In this document: piece by piece, positions 50,112-62,139 of the stretch
How positions within the stretch are numbered: the first letter of the stretch is position 1
Layout: the number at the start of each line of letters is the position of its first letter
Origin: Alloascoidea hylecoeti
Lineage: Eukaryota
Length of the DNA: 64,000 bases
Direction: 5' to 3'
NCBI GenBank assembly: GCA_001600815.1
Contig: BCKZ01000005.1
Span: forward strand, 495,727 to 559,726
Notes under the pieces: generated by a model
The model's database searches: none
What the model was told of the DNA's origin: nothing
The model's input: the letters and a program-made list of their open reading frames with translations, nothing else
Made by a program: the position numbers and the translations under genes

Positions 50112-50914
50112 TTATTCAGATAATACAAAAGCTCTTAATTCTTGATAAGCATCATCGACAACATTATTAACAATTATTTTATCATGAGCACCAGTTTTAG
50201 AAAATTCCATTTCCTTTTCGGCCTGAGCAATTCTTTTTGCAATACTTTCATCAGTTTCAGTTCCTCTGCCGGTTAATCTTTCTTTTAAAGTAGCAATGCT
50301 TGGTGGGGATAAGAATAAAAATCTTGCATTTAAATCAGTTTTTTTAACAGATACAACACCTTGCATATCAATATCTAATATACAAGTTTTATTTTGCTTT
50401 TCACTAACATCTTGAACTGCTTTGATAGTTGTTCCATAATAATTACCTGAAAATTGTGCCCATTCAATAAAGGCTTGATTTTTAATTAAATCTTTAAACT
50501 GATCAACAGTTACAAAATTGTAATCAACACCATCTTTCTCACCTGGTCTTGGAGTTCTTGTAGTGTCTGTGGTAAAAAAAAAAAGTTAGCTTGATCAATA
50601 AACCATTTACATTCTTCATACTTACGAGAAATAGAGAACCCAAATTTAGTTGGGAATTCAGCGAATAATTTCTTTAAAAGAGTGGATTTTCCAGAACCTT
50701 TGATTTTATTGGTTAATAATTATTGTAAATTCTCTTTATAGGCTTTGAAATTTTTTGATTAGGTGGTCATAATAAATATGTCCAGCTTCACATACCAGAA
50801 GGACCAGATATAACAATAGGACGAATAGCTATATATGGACAGGGTCAGGACATCGTAATTATTCAAATATACAGTATTGAGATTAGACTTACCGTTGGTG
50901 ACAGAGGAGGTCAT
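50112..50914 (-). CDS. GUK1: Guanylate kinase (exons 50893-50914, 50796-50828, 50626-50697, 50112-50566)
   Basis: Three introns restore RPIVISGPSGSGKSTL (P-loop) and SISHTTRTPRPGEKDGVDYNF; also LDIDMQGV and RLTGRGTET. Confidence 0.93.
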
Positions 50915-51256
50915 ATTTGGAGAAATTGAAAAGAAAAGAAAAGAGTTATAATCGGGAGAGAAAAAAGAGATTTATAAGGTGTGTTGTTGAAACAATTAAT
51001 CCTCGATCGTTAATAATTATTGAAGAAAATATTAATATAGTATTATTAATAGAAACAGGAAAGGTGATATTTGATATTTTATACATTTCATAATTTTTGT
51101 AATTTTTACATTTTTTGTATTTTATATTTATTTTCATTTGCACATCTTTCTTTCTTATCTGTTACTTTACATCCTACGTGTACTCACTTCTAAACAATAG
51201 CTTCACCACTTTTAAATTTTCTTTCACCCGAACCTCCAATAATCCTTAAATCATAA

Positions 51257-53194
51257 ATGTCCACACAAAAACTATTGTTTCGACTCCTTAGAAGGGCCGT
51301 TGACCCAGATGATCCCGAATTGGATGATCCCGATAATGAAGGAGGTGATGAAGATGATACAAATCCAGTGGCTGAAGAAATATTCGCATCCTGGGCATTA
51401 TTCATACTGTTGTTTCTATTAGCGAGTGCTCTATACACAAGTTATTTCTTACAACAACGTAAAATTCAGGCTGTTCATGAGACGGTTTTGTCTATTTTTT
51501 ATGGTATGATTGTTGGTTTAATAATTAGAATATCACCTGGCCATTATATTCAGGATACTGTCACTTTTAAACCAAGTTTCTTTTTTAATGTTTTATTACC
51601 TCCAATTATTCTAAATTCAGGATATGAACTACATCAAGCGAATTTTTTCAGAAACATTGGTTCAATTTTAACCTTTGCAATTTCAGGTACTTTTATATCT
51701 GCAATTGTATTGGGTATAATTGAGTATCTATGGACGAGTATTGGCTTGGAAGGTATAAATTTATCTTTTATTGATGCTTTAAGTATTGGAGCCACATTAT
51801 CAGCAACGGATCCCGTCACAATTCTATCTATCTTTAATGCTTATAAAGTGGATCCAAAATTATATACAATTATTTTTGGGGAAAGTTTATTAAATGATGC
51901 TATATCAATTGTTATGTTTGAAACATGTCAGAAGTTTCATGGTAAAGCTGCTCATATTGGCAATTTTTTCCAAGGTATTGGCCTCTTTACTTTTACTTTT
52001 ACAATATCTTTAGTTATTGGGGTTATAGTAGGTATAATAATTTCATTGGTATTAAAACATTCTCATTTACGAAGATATCCACAAATTGAAACATGTTTAG
52101 TTTTAATATTTGCCTATCAATCATATTTCTTTTCAAATGGTTGTCATATGTCTGGGATTGTTTCAATTCTATTTTGTGGCATAACATTAAAACATTATGC
52201 TTATTATAATATGTCAAGAAGAACTCAGATTGCAATTAAATATTCTTTTCAATTATTTGCTCAATTGTCTGAAAATTTCATTTTCATTTATCTTGGTTTA
52301 TCATTGTTTACTGATTCATCTTTGGTTTATAAGCCAATGTTTATAATTGTTACAACAATTGCAATATGTATCGCAAGATGGGCAGCAGTTTTCCCATTAT
52401 CAAAATTAATTAATTCAGTTGTTAGAGCAAAACATGGACAAGGGTCGAATGTACCACAACAGGTTCAAGATGAAATTCCACACAATTATCAAATGATGAT
52501 TTTTTGGGCAGGATTAAGAGGAGCAGTTGGTGTTGCATTAGCCCGTGGTATTCAAGGAGAAAATGCATCGACGGTTTTAGCAACTGTTTTGGTTGTTGTT
52601 GTATTAACTGTTATTCTATTCGGTGGTACAACTGCTGGTATGCTCGAAATTTTAGAAATTAAAACAGGATGTATCGATGAAGCAGAAAGTGATGATGAAT
52701 TTGATATTGAGGCTCCAAAATTTACATCTGGTACTCGCACACCAGGGGGTAATCATGCAGGTATTGCTTTAAATCATAATCATAGATCTAATTCTCAATC
52801 GAAATCGAGATCAAAATCAAAATCAAAAGTACAATCCCAATCTCAATCCCAATCAGAAGCAAGATATTCAGGTAATTATGATAGGAATGTTCGTTCAAGA
52901 TCAAGTTCAAGTAATAGTAGTCATTCAAATGATTATATGGATGATGACGATGCAGCATCTGACGTTTCAGATATTCCACCAATGTCTTCTAATCAAGCCC
53001 AAGAGACACATATCAATTCAAATAGTGAGTCTGCTTCAAGATTGGCTGGGATCCCTTATTCGATGAGTACTGCTTCGATATCAGGTTTATTAAGTAGGGA
53101 AGAACATGCAAGATGGTTTACTGATTTTGATGAAAACGTTATAAAACCTGTCTTACTGGATCATCCACCTACAAAGCAAAATGATAGAAAATGA
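51257..53194 (-). other. Antisense shadow ORFs over NHX1 (not genes)
   Basis: Short minus-strand ORFs overlapping NHX1 have no recognisable motifs. Confidence 0.05.
51257..53194 (+). CDS. NHX1: Endosomal Na+(K+)/H+ exchanger
   Basis: VHETVLSIFYG, FFNVLLPPIILNSGY, SATDPVTILSIF, IFGESLLNDA, WAGLRGAVG; multi-pass TM domain plus hydrophilic tail. Confidence 0.95.
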   Translation: MSTQKLLFRLLRRAVDPDDPELDDPDNEGGDEDDTNPVAEEIFASWALFILLFLLASALYTSYFLQQRKIQAVHETVLSIFYGMIVGLIIRISPGHYIQDTVTFKPSFFFNVLLPPIILNSGYELHQANFFRNIGSILTFAISGTFISAIVLGIIEYLWTSIGLEGINLSFIDALSIGATLSATDPVTILSIFNAYKVDPKLYTIIFGESLLNDAISIVMFETCQKFHGKAAHIGNFFQGIGLFTFTFTISLVIGVIVGIIISLVLKHSHLRRYPQIETCLVLIFAYQSYFFSNGCHMSGIVSILFCGITLKHYAYYNMSRRTQIAIKYSFQLFAQLSENFIFIYLGLSLFTDSSLVYKPMFIIVTTIAICIARWAAVFPLSKLINSVVRAKHGQGSNVPQQVQDEIPHNYQMMIFWAGLRGAVGVALARGIQGENASTVLATVLVVVVLTVILFGGTTAGMLEILEIKTGCIDEAESDDEFDIEAPKFTSGTRTPGGNHAGIALNHNHRSNSQSKSRSKSKSKVQSQSQSQSEARYSGNYDRNVRSRSSSSNSSHSNDYMDDDDAASDVSDIPPMSSNQAQETHINSNSESASRLAGIPYSMSTASISGLLSREEHARWFTDFDENVIKPVLLDHPPTKQNDRK

Positions 53195-53544
53195 AATTAA
53201 AATAAAAGAACCACAAATAAAAAAATGAGTGATTCTTAAAAATGATTTATTAGTATTAACTATATAGTGGAAAGAGCATTATCATTCATTAATATATAGT
53301 TCTTTTTTTACAAAATTTGCCTTTCTTTTTCTTTTATCTTTATTTTTTTTTTTTTTTGTTCAACAAAAGATTAGCAAAAAGTACTGGTTTATTACTTTTT
53401 GCGTGCAATTGAAGGTGCTTCCTTTACAATATTAATTATATACATAATTAGAATTAGATTTAATTTAAAAGGGTTATTTATATTTAATTTTTTATCTTAT
53501 CAAAGTTTTATACCAATTTTTATTTTCATAACTAATAATAATAT

Positions 53545-55545
53545 TTATTCATTTAGGACTTCAAATGCCATTTGTTTAACATTTTCAGATAAATCTAAAT
53601 TATCTAAATAATCAACAAATTGAAAAACAATATCATGAAATCCACTTTTTAAAGAATCTAATAATAAATCAACGATTTTCATTGATATATCATTTTTTTG
53701 ACCATTTTCAATTAATTTTTTTGAATTTATATCTGTCCAATGAATAATTGGATTTAATTTAAATTTTTCTAAAATTAAAATTGCATTATTAAAATCATTT
53801 AAAATTGTTGGTATATCTTTTTGTACAATACCATAATTATCTTCATCATATGATCTTATAATTAATAATGATATAGATATAATTGAATATGAAACTAAGA
53901 TTGGATTTGGACATAATATTTCAAGTTTTCTATGAATTGTATGACGAAATAAAGAACCAAAATTTGAATTTAAAAATATTTCATATCTTTTTGAAAATGT
54001 TTGAAAAATTGATTTAAATCCAATAAATGAATCAGATATTACAGAAACAATTTTATTTGATTTAATTGCTTTATCATCTTGAAATGATTCAATTAATTTA
54101 TGTTTTGTTGGTAATAACACATTTTTATTAATTTGTTTTTTCTTTTCAATCATTATATTATTATTATTTTTTTCATTACTTTTTGGATTTTTTAATTTAT
54201 TATTATTATTTAATTCTTTTTCAAAATTTTCAATTGTTGATTTTAAAATTAATTTAAATTCTTTTAAAATTTCATTCCAAATTGTATTTGGTCTTTCAAT
54301 ATCTTTAAATATTTCAATTCTTCTTTTTGATTCATCATCATTAAAACAAATTAAATTTAGTTCTTGAAAAGCAGTAATTCTTGTAAATGGTCTTTTAATA
54401 CTTCTCAAACCAGTTATTAATGTACCATTTGGATCATTTGATTTTTCACTAACTTTAATATTTCGATGAATACATCCAATTGACATGAACGAAGTGAAAA
54501 CTAAAGTTGTAAATTCAAATAAGAAATTTATTATAAATGATGATAAACTTAATATAAAAATAAATTTTAATGATAGTATTGGATTATTATATTTTTCGTA
54601 ATTGTTATTTCGATTACTGATTGTTAAAATTTTACGAAATATTGAAAGACTTGTTACCCAAATTCTTCTTCTGAAAATTATATATAATATTGGAGTTGTA
54701 ATTGTTGTTAATATTGTTAATAAAAATGCTTTTAATGTGATATGTTTCATATTTCTTGCAATCATCATCCTTGGATTAACCTGTAAAAAAATTAATAAAA
54801 AAAATTGTTAGATATATACAACACCAATAACGTTAAAAATGATAACTTACACCTGAAGGATTTCTTGATAAAGGTAATCTATCCTGATCAAAAACAAAAT
54901 GAATAAAAGAAATTAAAAATGCCAAATTAATTGCAAAAAAATAATAATAAATAAATTTTTCATTTAAATTTGGTAATTGATGATCATATTTTTCAACTAT
55001 TGTTTTAATATTTAAATTTATATTCAATTTATTTGAAATTTGAAATTTTATAAATGAAAAATAAACGATTGAAGATATTGAATAAGTTAAAAATCCAACA
55101 ATAAAAGATTTACTTATTAATGTATTGTATAATTGTGATATAAACGTTGGATAAGTAATATAATTGACTATATTATGTTAATTAATTGGTTAGTTAGTTA
55201 AAATAGAATAATTACAATTAATTATCATCTTACCATGTAAATAAGCCTTATGGTATATTAATATAATGAAAACCGAAAAGAATATGGGAATCGCTCTAAA
55301 AGGTAAAATACACCAGATCCACGAAACTACAAAATGTTAGTTTAATCATATATCATCAATTATAATCAAATTAACATACCAGGAGCAAATGAGCCGAGAA
55401 AAACAGTAGTAATCCAACATACGATAGCCAATAAACGGCATAAATGAGCAAATCGTATTTGTAAGATACCACTAAGGATAGTATGATAATGAAGAGTTTG
55501 TTGTCTCGTTTGTCCCGGAAGTGCAAATTTGCCGACTGGAGCCAT
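53545..55545 (-). CDS. NDC1: Transmembrane nucleoporin Ndc1 (exons 55380-55545, 55234-55326, 54851-55167, 53545-54780)
   Basis: N-terminal YHTILSGILQIRF and TM segments; SNDPNGTLITGL, TAFQELN, RRIEIF, SYDEDNYGIVQKDIP. Three GT-AG introns keep the frame. Confidence 0.88.
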
Positions 55546-55697
55546 TTTTGTTTAATTCTTCCAGATCCAAATCCAATGATAAAACAACAAAAAAGGATAC
55601 CTGCTAGAATGAAAATGAAAATGATGATGGTACTGAAGATGGTACTAATGGTGTAATGTTATAAATGGTGAAGTGATGACTTTGGTGTTTTTTTTGT

Positions 55698-55705
55698 GTC
55701 ACGTG
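55698..55705. promoter_or_regulatory. Cbf1-type E-box GTCACGTG in the NDC1/RAD52 divergent promoter
   Basis: Exact RTCACGTG match, with a partial tandem copy GTCACGT; TCACGTG also occurs twice upstream of SHY1 (~7538, ~7597). Confidence 0.4.
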
Positions 55706-55819
55706 TCACGTCATAAACATTTGATTTTACTCGAAATTACTTGTAATAATATCGGTAATATAACAATCCACATTACCCATTAATTAATATACCACATCAG
55801 AGAATATAAATCATAGAAG

Positions 55820-56746
55820 ATGCAATCCGAAGAAATAAACACATCAAATGGAGATTCTCATTGGAGTGCAACAGAAATCGAAGACTTGACAGTTATCTTA
55901 AACCGATCACTAGGACCAGAGTTTATAGCACAGCGCCCCGCGCCAGGAGGAGGTAAAGTGCCATATATTGAAGGATGGCAGGCAATCAAGCTGGCCAATG
56001 ATATATTTGGCTTCAATGGTTGGAATTCTGAGATAAAAAATGTTCAAGTTGACTATATGGATGATAAAAATGGAAGATATGATTTAGGATTATCAGTAAC
56101 GGTTCGTGTAACGTTAAAGGACGGAACATTTCATGAAGACATCGGATATGGCCATTTTGAAAATTCAAGGAGTAAATATCAAGCTTTCGAAAAGGCCAAA
56201 AAAGAAGCAACAACAGATGCAATGAAACGGGCGCTTAGATGGTTTGGGAATGCATTAGGAAACTGTGTTTATAATAAAACTTATATAAAAGAAGTTCAGA
56301 AAATGAAAAATGGACTGAAAAGTGTTCCTTTCGATAAAAGTACAATGCTAAGAAGGAAAGAATACACGGCCGATACAGTCAATCCGGTTTCCAATGGTCC
56401 TAATGTCGTGAATGAGAATAGTAATGGTACGTCTAGTTCTACAACTTCCACTGCAACTGCAGCATCGAGTACTGATGAAGTCCGACCTGCTCAAGCTGGA
56501 AAAATAATACACGAAGAGGGTAATTATAATAAGAACGGCAGAGACCTCAACGGCCGAAACAGGGTCCCCAGCAACCCCACCACTAACCCCACCAAGGATC
56601 TTCACCAAAAACTACCCAAACTGCCGATAAACAGCACTCATTCTTTCCGTTCGAACGACCCTGATGAGTTTGATGCGGTTGACAGTGAAGATATCTTGGA
56701 TCCGGAGTATGATTTGGCCGGACTGAGTGACACAGAGATATACTGA
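55820..56746 (+). CDS. RAD52: Rad52-family ssDNA annealing protein (short, 308 aa)
   Basis: LGPEFIAQRPAPGGGKVPYIEGW, LANDIFGFNGW, RVTLKDGTFHEDIGYG, AFEKAKKEATTDAMKRALRWFGNALGNC. Confidence 0.88.
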   Translation: MQSEEINTSNGDSHWSATEIEDLTVILNRSLGPEFIAQRPAPGGGKVPYIEGWQAIKLANDIFGFNGWNSEIKNVQVDYMDDKNGRYDLGLSVTVRVTLKDGTFHEDIGYGHFENSRSKYQAFEKAKKEATTDAMKRALRWFGNALGNCVYNKTYIKEVQKMKNGLKSVPFDKSTMLRRKEYTADTVNPVSNGPNVVNENSNGTSSSTTSTATAASSTDEVRPAQAGKIIHEEGNYNKNGRDLNGRNRVPSNPTTNPTKDLHQKLPKLPINSTHSFRSNDPDEFDAVDSEDILDPEYDLAGLSDTEIY

Positions 56747-57139
56747 CGAATTAATAATGTCTTGTTGGGTTCAATGGGTTGATCTTCGAGAATTTAAACG
56801 TTGCAGAATGCATAAAAAGCACTTTACTTTGTAATTATAACCGAATATTATCGCAAATTTCTTGCAAATTTTATCGCAGAAATCGAATGAAAAAACTTAC
56901 TTTTCCGGTCTCGCTATTGGCCGTCCGACTATTTCCCGTTTGTGGACTAACTGTAAATATTTTGATGTTTCGTGGTCGGGCAGTAAATTAGTAATAAAAA
57001 TAACCACACAAATAATCTTTTATTCGCCCTGTAACCCGGCCGATACGGATAAAATCTGTCAATTATATAAACCCTCAATCCTCTTCTTTTTTATACTTTT
57101 TCCCATAATCATTAATATTTTATCATAACTCTCGGAAAA

Positions 57140-58375
57140 ATGGTTGCTTCAAAAATTCAGGTTAAAAATCCAATCGTGGAATTGGATGGCGATGAAATGA
57201 CCAGAATCATCTGGCAATTTATTAAAGATAAACTCATCTTCCCATTTGTTGATGTCGATTTGAAATATTATGATCTTGGTATCGAATATAGAGATCAAAC
57301 CGATGATAAAGTAACAACTGATGCTGCTGATGCAATCTTAAAATATAAAGTCGGTGTTAAGTGTGCAACCATCACTCCTGATGAGGCCAGAGTTAAAGAA
57401 TTTCATTTGAAAAAAATGTGGTTATCTCCAAATGGTACAATCAGAAATATCTTAGGTGGTACGGTTTTTAGAGAACCAATTGTTATACCAAGAATTCCAA
57501 GATTAGTCCCAGGATGGGAAAAACCAATCATTATTGGAAGACATGCTTTTGGTGATCAATACAAAGCAACTGATGTTGTCATCCCTGGTGCAGGTTCTTT
57601 AGAGTTAGTTTATACTCCAAAAGATGGTTCCCCTCCTACAAAGATCCCTGTCTATAACTATGAAGGTGCCGGTGTAGCATTAGCAATGTACAATACTGAT
57701 GAATCAATCACTGGGTTTGCACATTCTTCTTTTAAATTAGCTCTTGAAAAGGGTCTTAATTTATTCTCTTCAACAAAAAATACAATTTTAAAGAGATATG
57801 ATGGTAGATTTAAAGATATCTTTGAAGGTTTATACGAATCTGATTATAGAAAACAGTTTGAAGCTAAAGGAATTTGGTATGAACATCGTTTAATTGATGA
57901 TATGGTTGCACAAATGATTAAATCAAAAGGTGGTTATATCATTGCAATGAAAAATTATGATGGTGATGTTGAATCAGACATTGTTGCCCAAGGTTTTGGC
58001 TCTTTAGGTTTAATGACCTCAGTTTTAATTACTCCAGATGGTGATATTTTTGAATCTGAAGCTGCTCATGGTACAGTTACAAGACATTATCGTCAATGGC
58101 AACAAGGTAAAGAAACTTCAACAAATTCTATTGCTTCAATCTTTGCTTGGACACAGGGTTTTATTCAAAGAGGTAAACTTGACAATACTCCAGAAGTCAT
58201 TAAATTTGGTGAAACTTTAGAAAAAGCTGTTATTGATACAGTTCAAATTGATGGAATTATGACTAAAGATTTAGCTTTAGCTGCTGGTCATAGTGAAAGA
58301 TCCTCTTATGTTTTAACTGAAGAATTTATTGATGCTGTTGCTAAAAGATTACATGGTGCTTATCCAGGTTTATGA
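57140..58375 (+). CDS. IDP2: NADP-dependent isocitrate dehydrogenase, no presequence (cytosolic IDP2-type)
   Basis: [66 protein letters not shown]. An in-frame stop at 57113 excludes an unspliced presequence. Confidence 0.92.
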   Translation: MVASKIQVKNPIVELDGDEMTRIIWQFIKDKLIFPFVDVDLKYYDLGIEYRDQTDDKVTTDAADAILKYKVGVKCATITPDEARVKEFHLKKMWLSPNGTIRNILGGTVFREPIVIPRIPRLVPGWEKPIIIGRHAFGDQYKATDVVIPGAGSLELVYTPKDGSPPTKIPVYNYEGAGVALAMYNTDESITGFAHSSFKLALEKGLNLFSSTKNTILKRYDGRFKDIFEGLYESDYRKQFEAKGIWYEHRLIDDMVAQMIKSKGGYIIAMKNYDGDVESDIVAQGFGSLGLMTSVLITPDGDIFESEAAHGTVTRHYRQWQQGKETSTNSIASIFAWTQGFIQRGKLDNTPEVIKFGETLEKAVIDTVQIDGIMTKDLALAAGHSERSSYVLTEEFIDAVAKRLHGAYPGL

Positions 58376-58844
58376 CTATCTAATGATGAAAATTCGCCTT
58401 TAAATAAAGTCTTAAAAAGAAAACCAAGTTTATTGTAAAGTTCAAACCTCACTTCACAAAAAGTTAGCAACTTATTATTATTATTTATTTATTTATTTAT
58501 AATTATTTATTCCACATTAGAATTACCTACAAAACAAATTAACAGTTTTTGATATATTTAGATAAAATTAAAAGTATAATGAAAAATAGAAATTAATTAT
58601 AACTATGGCATAATTATATAAACGTATATTTTATTGGCTCAAAAAGTCACCCATTGACAACCTTGTTTAAACTTAGCTGCATATCAGTAATTAAAGGGCC
58701 GAGCTAAGGATATGAATTCCCGTAAAGGTAAGTACTCCAGATAAACAAAGAGGATTCTAGTATTCTCAAACAGTCTTATGGGTATATGACATATGCTTAG
58801 GATGATCAATATTAACTTAATTAGAAAATTAGAACACATTTAAT

Positions 58845-59104
58845 ACTACGAGAGAACATTAATGGCATTTCTTTTGAGGAACTTTCTATTTCTATTGTAT
58901 TTACAGAAAATGAGAATTCGAACTAAGTTTACGGATTGTAGAGTAGAATCTGAGATTTATAAGCTATCAGATTTTTCTTTTATAGATTCAAGACATTTTC
59001 AAGTACATACAAGTATATTTACATATTAAGTTATTAGTAACAACTAGATCAGGAATGAATACTGGAGATAGAATTAAAGAGCCGATGTCCTAACCAAAGG
59101 ATTG
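58845..59104 (+). mobile_element. Degenerate Ty1/copia RNase H relic
   Basis: FTD..., SRHFQV..., VISNN*IRNEY and ADVLTKGL (59081-59104) in copia RNase H order, with several stops. Confidence 0.45.
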
Positions 59105-60054
59105 ATCTACTATAACAGTATTCAATCACATTCATTCTATAACCTTATGAGACTGATATTGATTACCGAGACATGATAAACAACCTGTTGATCAACAACA
59201 TGATGAGATCATGCAAGAGTTTCGCTCTTTACGGGTTTAATGATTATGAACCGTATCAATAATCAAACACGGTTATATTCTAATCCAATTGTTCAACCGA
59301 TTTTTAACTAGGATGTTTAATTTAGTTACGTATCAGATCCTCATGCACACCTTGCTTAATTATATTAAATGTTAACATTGCATATGGAATATTAATATTT
59401 GTAGGTATATTTGATAATTCTTCCAGTTTTAGATGATCCAGATATTAACCGCGGGTATATATATCCGCTAATTGCGAATACAACACATTTAAATGCTAAA
59501 TAATCATACCAGTATAATCTATGTAACAAAAGCAATCTGAATAGTATAGCTATATGATATTTCTCTTTATATAATTATACTTTCAATGAAACGATCAGTA
59601 CCATAATTTATAGTCAGCTACTTGTTAAAACTTTTAGTGTTTCTGGTTGGAGACATATGTTGTAGTCGGTAGGTATGAAATATTTCGGTGCTTCCGTGGA
59701 GCTATGCTTTAAATATTTAGCATAGTTTGCGGAAAACATACATCTGATGTAAAAAAAAATTTAATCACCCCTCATAGAAAATGTGACCACAAAACCAAAA
59801 CTGTTTCATTCACATATTAAAGACGATGATTAAAAGGTAGATAAATAAAAAATCTAAATCCTGTCTTTTCAACTTAACTTTTGGACTTCTTCTTTGTTAA
59901 ATTTGTTGTCCCTATTTTTGAGAAATGTAAGCTTCCAGATTCGCGATCATACAAATAGTTAATTAATAGAGTATCGTGTGTAAAACAATGAAAGTTAACT
60001 TATCAAGGTGAATGCATTCATCTGTAAGTTGAAATATTTCCCCATATAATAGTA

Positions 60055-61354
60055 CAGTGAGTCATCTCTGGATATGCCTAATGCATGTTGCAACCTAAAA
60101 TATGCATGACTTTTTATAACATAAAATCTTGATTAAAAGTAAATATAATGAAATAAAATAAAATTCAGCTTCTCCATCTCTGTGAGTATCGCTAGACACA
60201 AATTCAGTAGTTTATATGACCACCTTTTGCTTCTATAACTAGGTTTAGTCGCTTAGGCATCGATTCTATGAGTTTGTCAAAATATGAATGATTTATATAT
60301 ACTATCTCATAGCTCTGGGAGTACTTCTGAAAGGCGTCTTCGAACCGTATTTACACCTCCTTTCATGGTGGCGATTTCTTTATGTTGTTTTCTCAGCACA
60401 ATTTTGAGCTTATGCCACGCGTTTTCAATGGGATTTAGGTCTGGAGAGTTGGAAGGCCAAACTAGCTGATTAATCTGATATTCCTCCAAAATCTCTCGGG
60501 TTTTTTAGAATTGTGAATGGGAGCATTATCCTGTTGGAACATAGCACCTTCAAACTCCCGAATAAAAGGTATAGCTACTGGTTTTAACACTTCCTCGTTC
60601 TTCTATGTATCTCTCAGGATTAATCGCATCAGCATCAAAAGTTACCAATTGAGAACGTTTTTGACCTCCAAAGGCTCCCCACACTATCACGAAGACATTT
60701 TTGGTTTTAAATCTTGGTACCATACTTTGTATTGTATCTATCACCCATTTTTTGGAAGCAATACTTAAGGCTGTTGAGCCAACTTTTGAGATGGATGATT
60801 CATCAGAAAATATTACCTTCTTCCAATTATCAATGGTAAAATGCAAATATTTCTTAGCAAACAAGAGTCGGTCAGCTTTGTGTTTATCCGTTAACATAGG
60901 TTTCTCTTGCATTTTTTTCCATTCATAATTGTGTTTCTTTACTGTTCTCCGAATAGTGATAGGCCACTTCATATCTCTCCGAAGCTGCCAATTCTTTGAC
61001 ATTTTTTGTTGGACTTCTTTGCAATTCCCTTACTAAGGATCTACAATCTCGGGAAGATAACTTCGGTTTCTTGGAAGCTGTGCTACAATTATCTACAGTG
61101 CCGGTTTTTTTGTAACGTTTCTAGACGCGTCTTGCTGTACTTGGATCAAACCTATGATTCTTGCAGTTTGACTATAATTTTTACCTTCATCAACCAAATG
61201 AACAATATGATACTTTTCTTCATCAGTTAACCTTCTCATATATTTTGATTGGCCAAAAATTATTAAAGTTTGGCTTAGATATTCTAAAATAAAGTTTAAA
61301 TAGTTTTACGCGGAGAAAAAAAAAAAGCTGGGCAATACCACAGATGACCCACTG
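60055..61354 (-). mobile_element. Tc1/mariner DNA transposon, 1.3 kb, decayed
   Basis: Imperfect ~26-bp TIRs (CAGTGAGTCATCTCTGGATATGCC versus CAGTGGGTCATCTGTGGTATTGCC), TA on both flanks (60053-60054, 61355-61356), internal transposase. Confidence 0.9.
60204..61239 (-). pseudogene. Tc1 DD34E transposase pseudogene
   Basis: MRRLTDEEKYHIVHLVDEGKNYSQTARII (HTH), KPMLTDKHKADRLLFAK, WKKVIFSDES, VWGAF, FQQDNAPIH, WPSNSPDLNPIENAW, SMPKRL...KGGHINY*. There are 34 residues between D and E after correcting one frameshift; multiple lesions. Confidence 0.9.
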
Positions 61355-62139
61355 TATGTACAATTCCATGCATGTTACTGGAGACCAAAATTTCGCTATG
61401 ATAGAAATAAAGTTGTTCATTTTAAGTGAGTGAGAACCAGAGTAGGGACAGGGGTCCCATCCTTATCTCTCTCACAGACTCTCACAGACATCAAGGCTAA
61501 TTTATCTGTGTAAACTTCACAATCTGGATATTTATTACAAAGCTTTACGAAAGTAAGTAATGTGAGGATATATTTTTCTTTTACACACAAAATATAACTA
61601 TCGCTAGCGAATGATATTCACAAGGCTGGGTATTTGATAAATAGTCTATATTTATCGACTCGAAAAACTACAGTAAGAAATATTAAAAATCAGGAAACAA
61701 TATAGGTCTTATCCACATTTTTGGTCTCAAATACAGATAACTGTGTTGAAAAGTTTTGGCCATGAATCTTAACGGCAGTATCGATAAGCTCAACTAACAT
61801 TTGGGTCACTCTGAAAATGATACTGATACTGAGGAAACTTTGTTTATGTCTCGAAAATGCAACGTTAACATATCTGTAATAATAATATATACAATTACAA
61901 GGAGCTATGGGTCTTACAAAGCCATTTGAACTCACAAATGAACGAAAGCACCAAAAACATACCAAAACAGTAAGTTTTCAGTGCTTAAGCCCATACTAAA
62001 TGGGCTTTAAATAGAGCTATCTATCACTTTAAGTATTAAAATCACGTTCCTTAACCTGTCTAAGTATAAGGAGATAATAGCCAATATTCCTTATCCTGTG
62101 ATAACTTGTTTTAGTCGCTTTGGCATGGATGTGATGGGT

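Noticed and set aside
55991..55993. Alternative CUG code (Ser or Ala)
   Set aside because: This CTG falls on the conserved Leu of Rad52 LAN, and a CTG also ends the hydrophobic GPI tail. That is consistent with Leu, although there are few informative sites.
61561..61622. TGTGAGGATAT...ATATTCACA resembling the mini-LTR ends
   Set aside because: No target-site duplication and no internal similarity to the family.
61986..62008. AAGCCCAT/ATGGGCTT hairpin as a Helitron 3' end
   Set aside because: No CTRR terminus at the expected distance and no other Helitron evidence.
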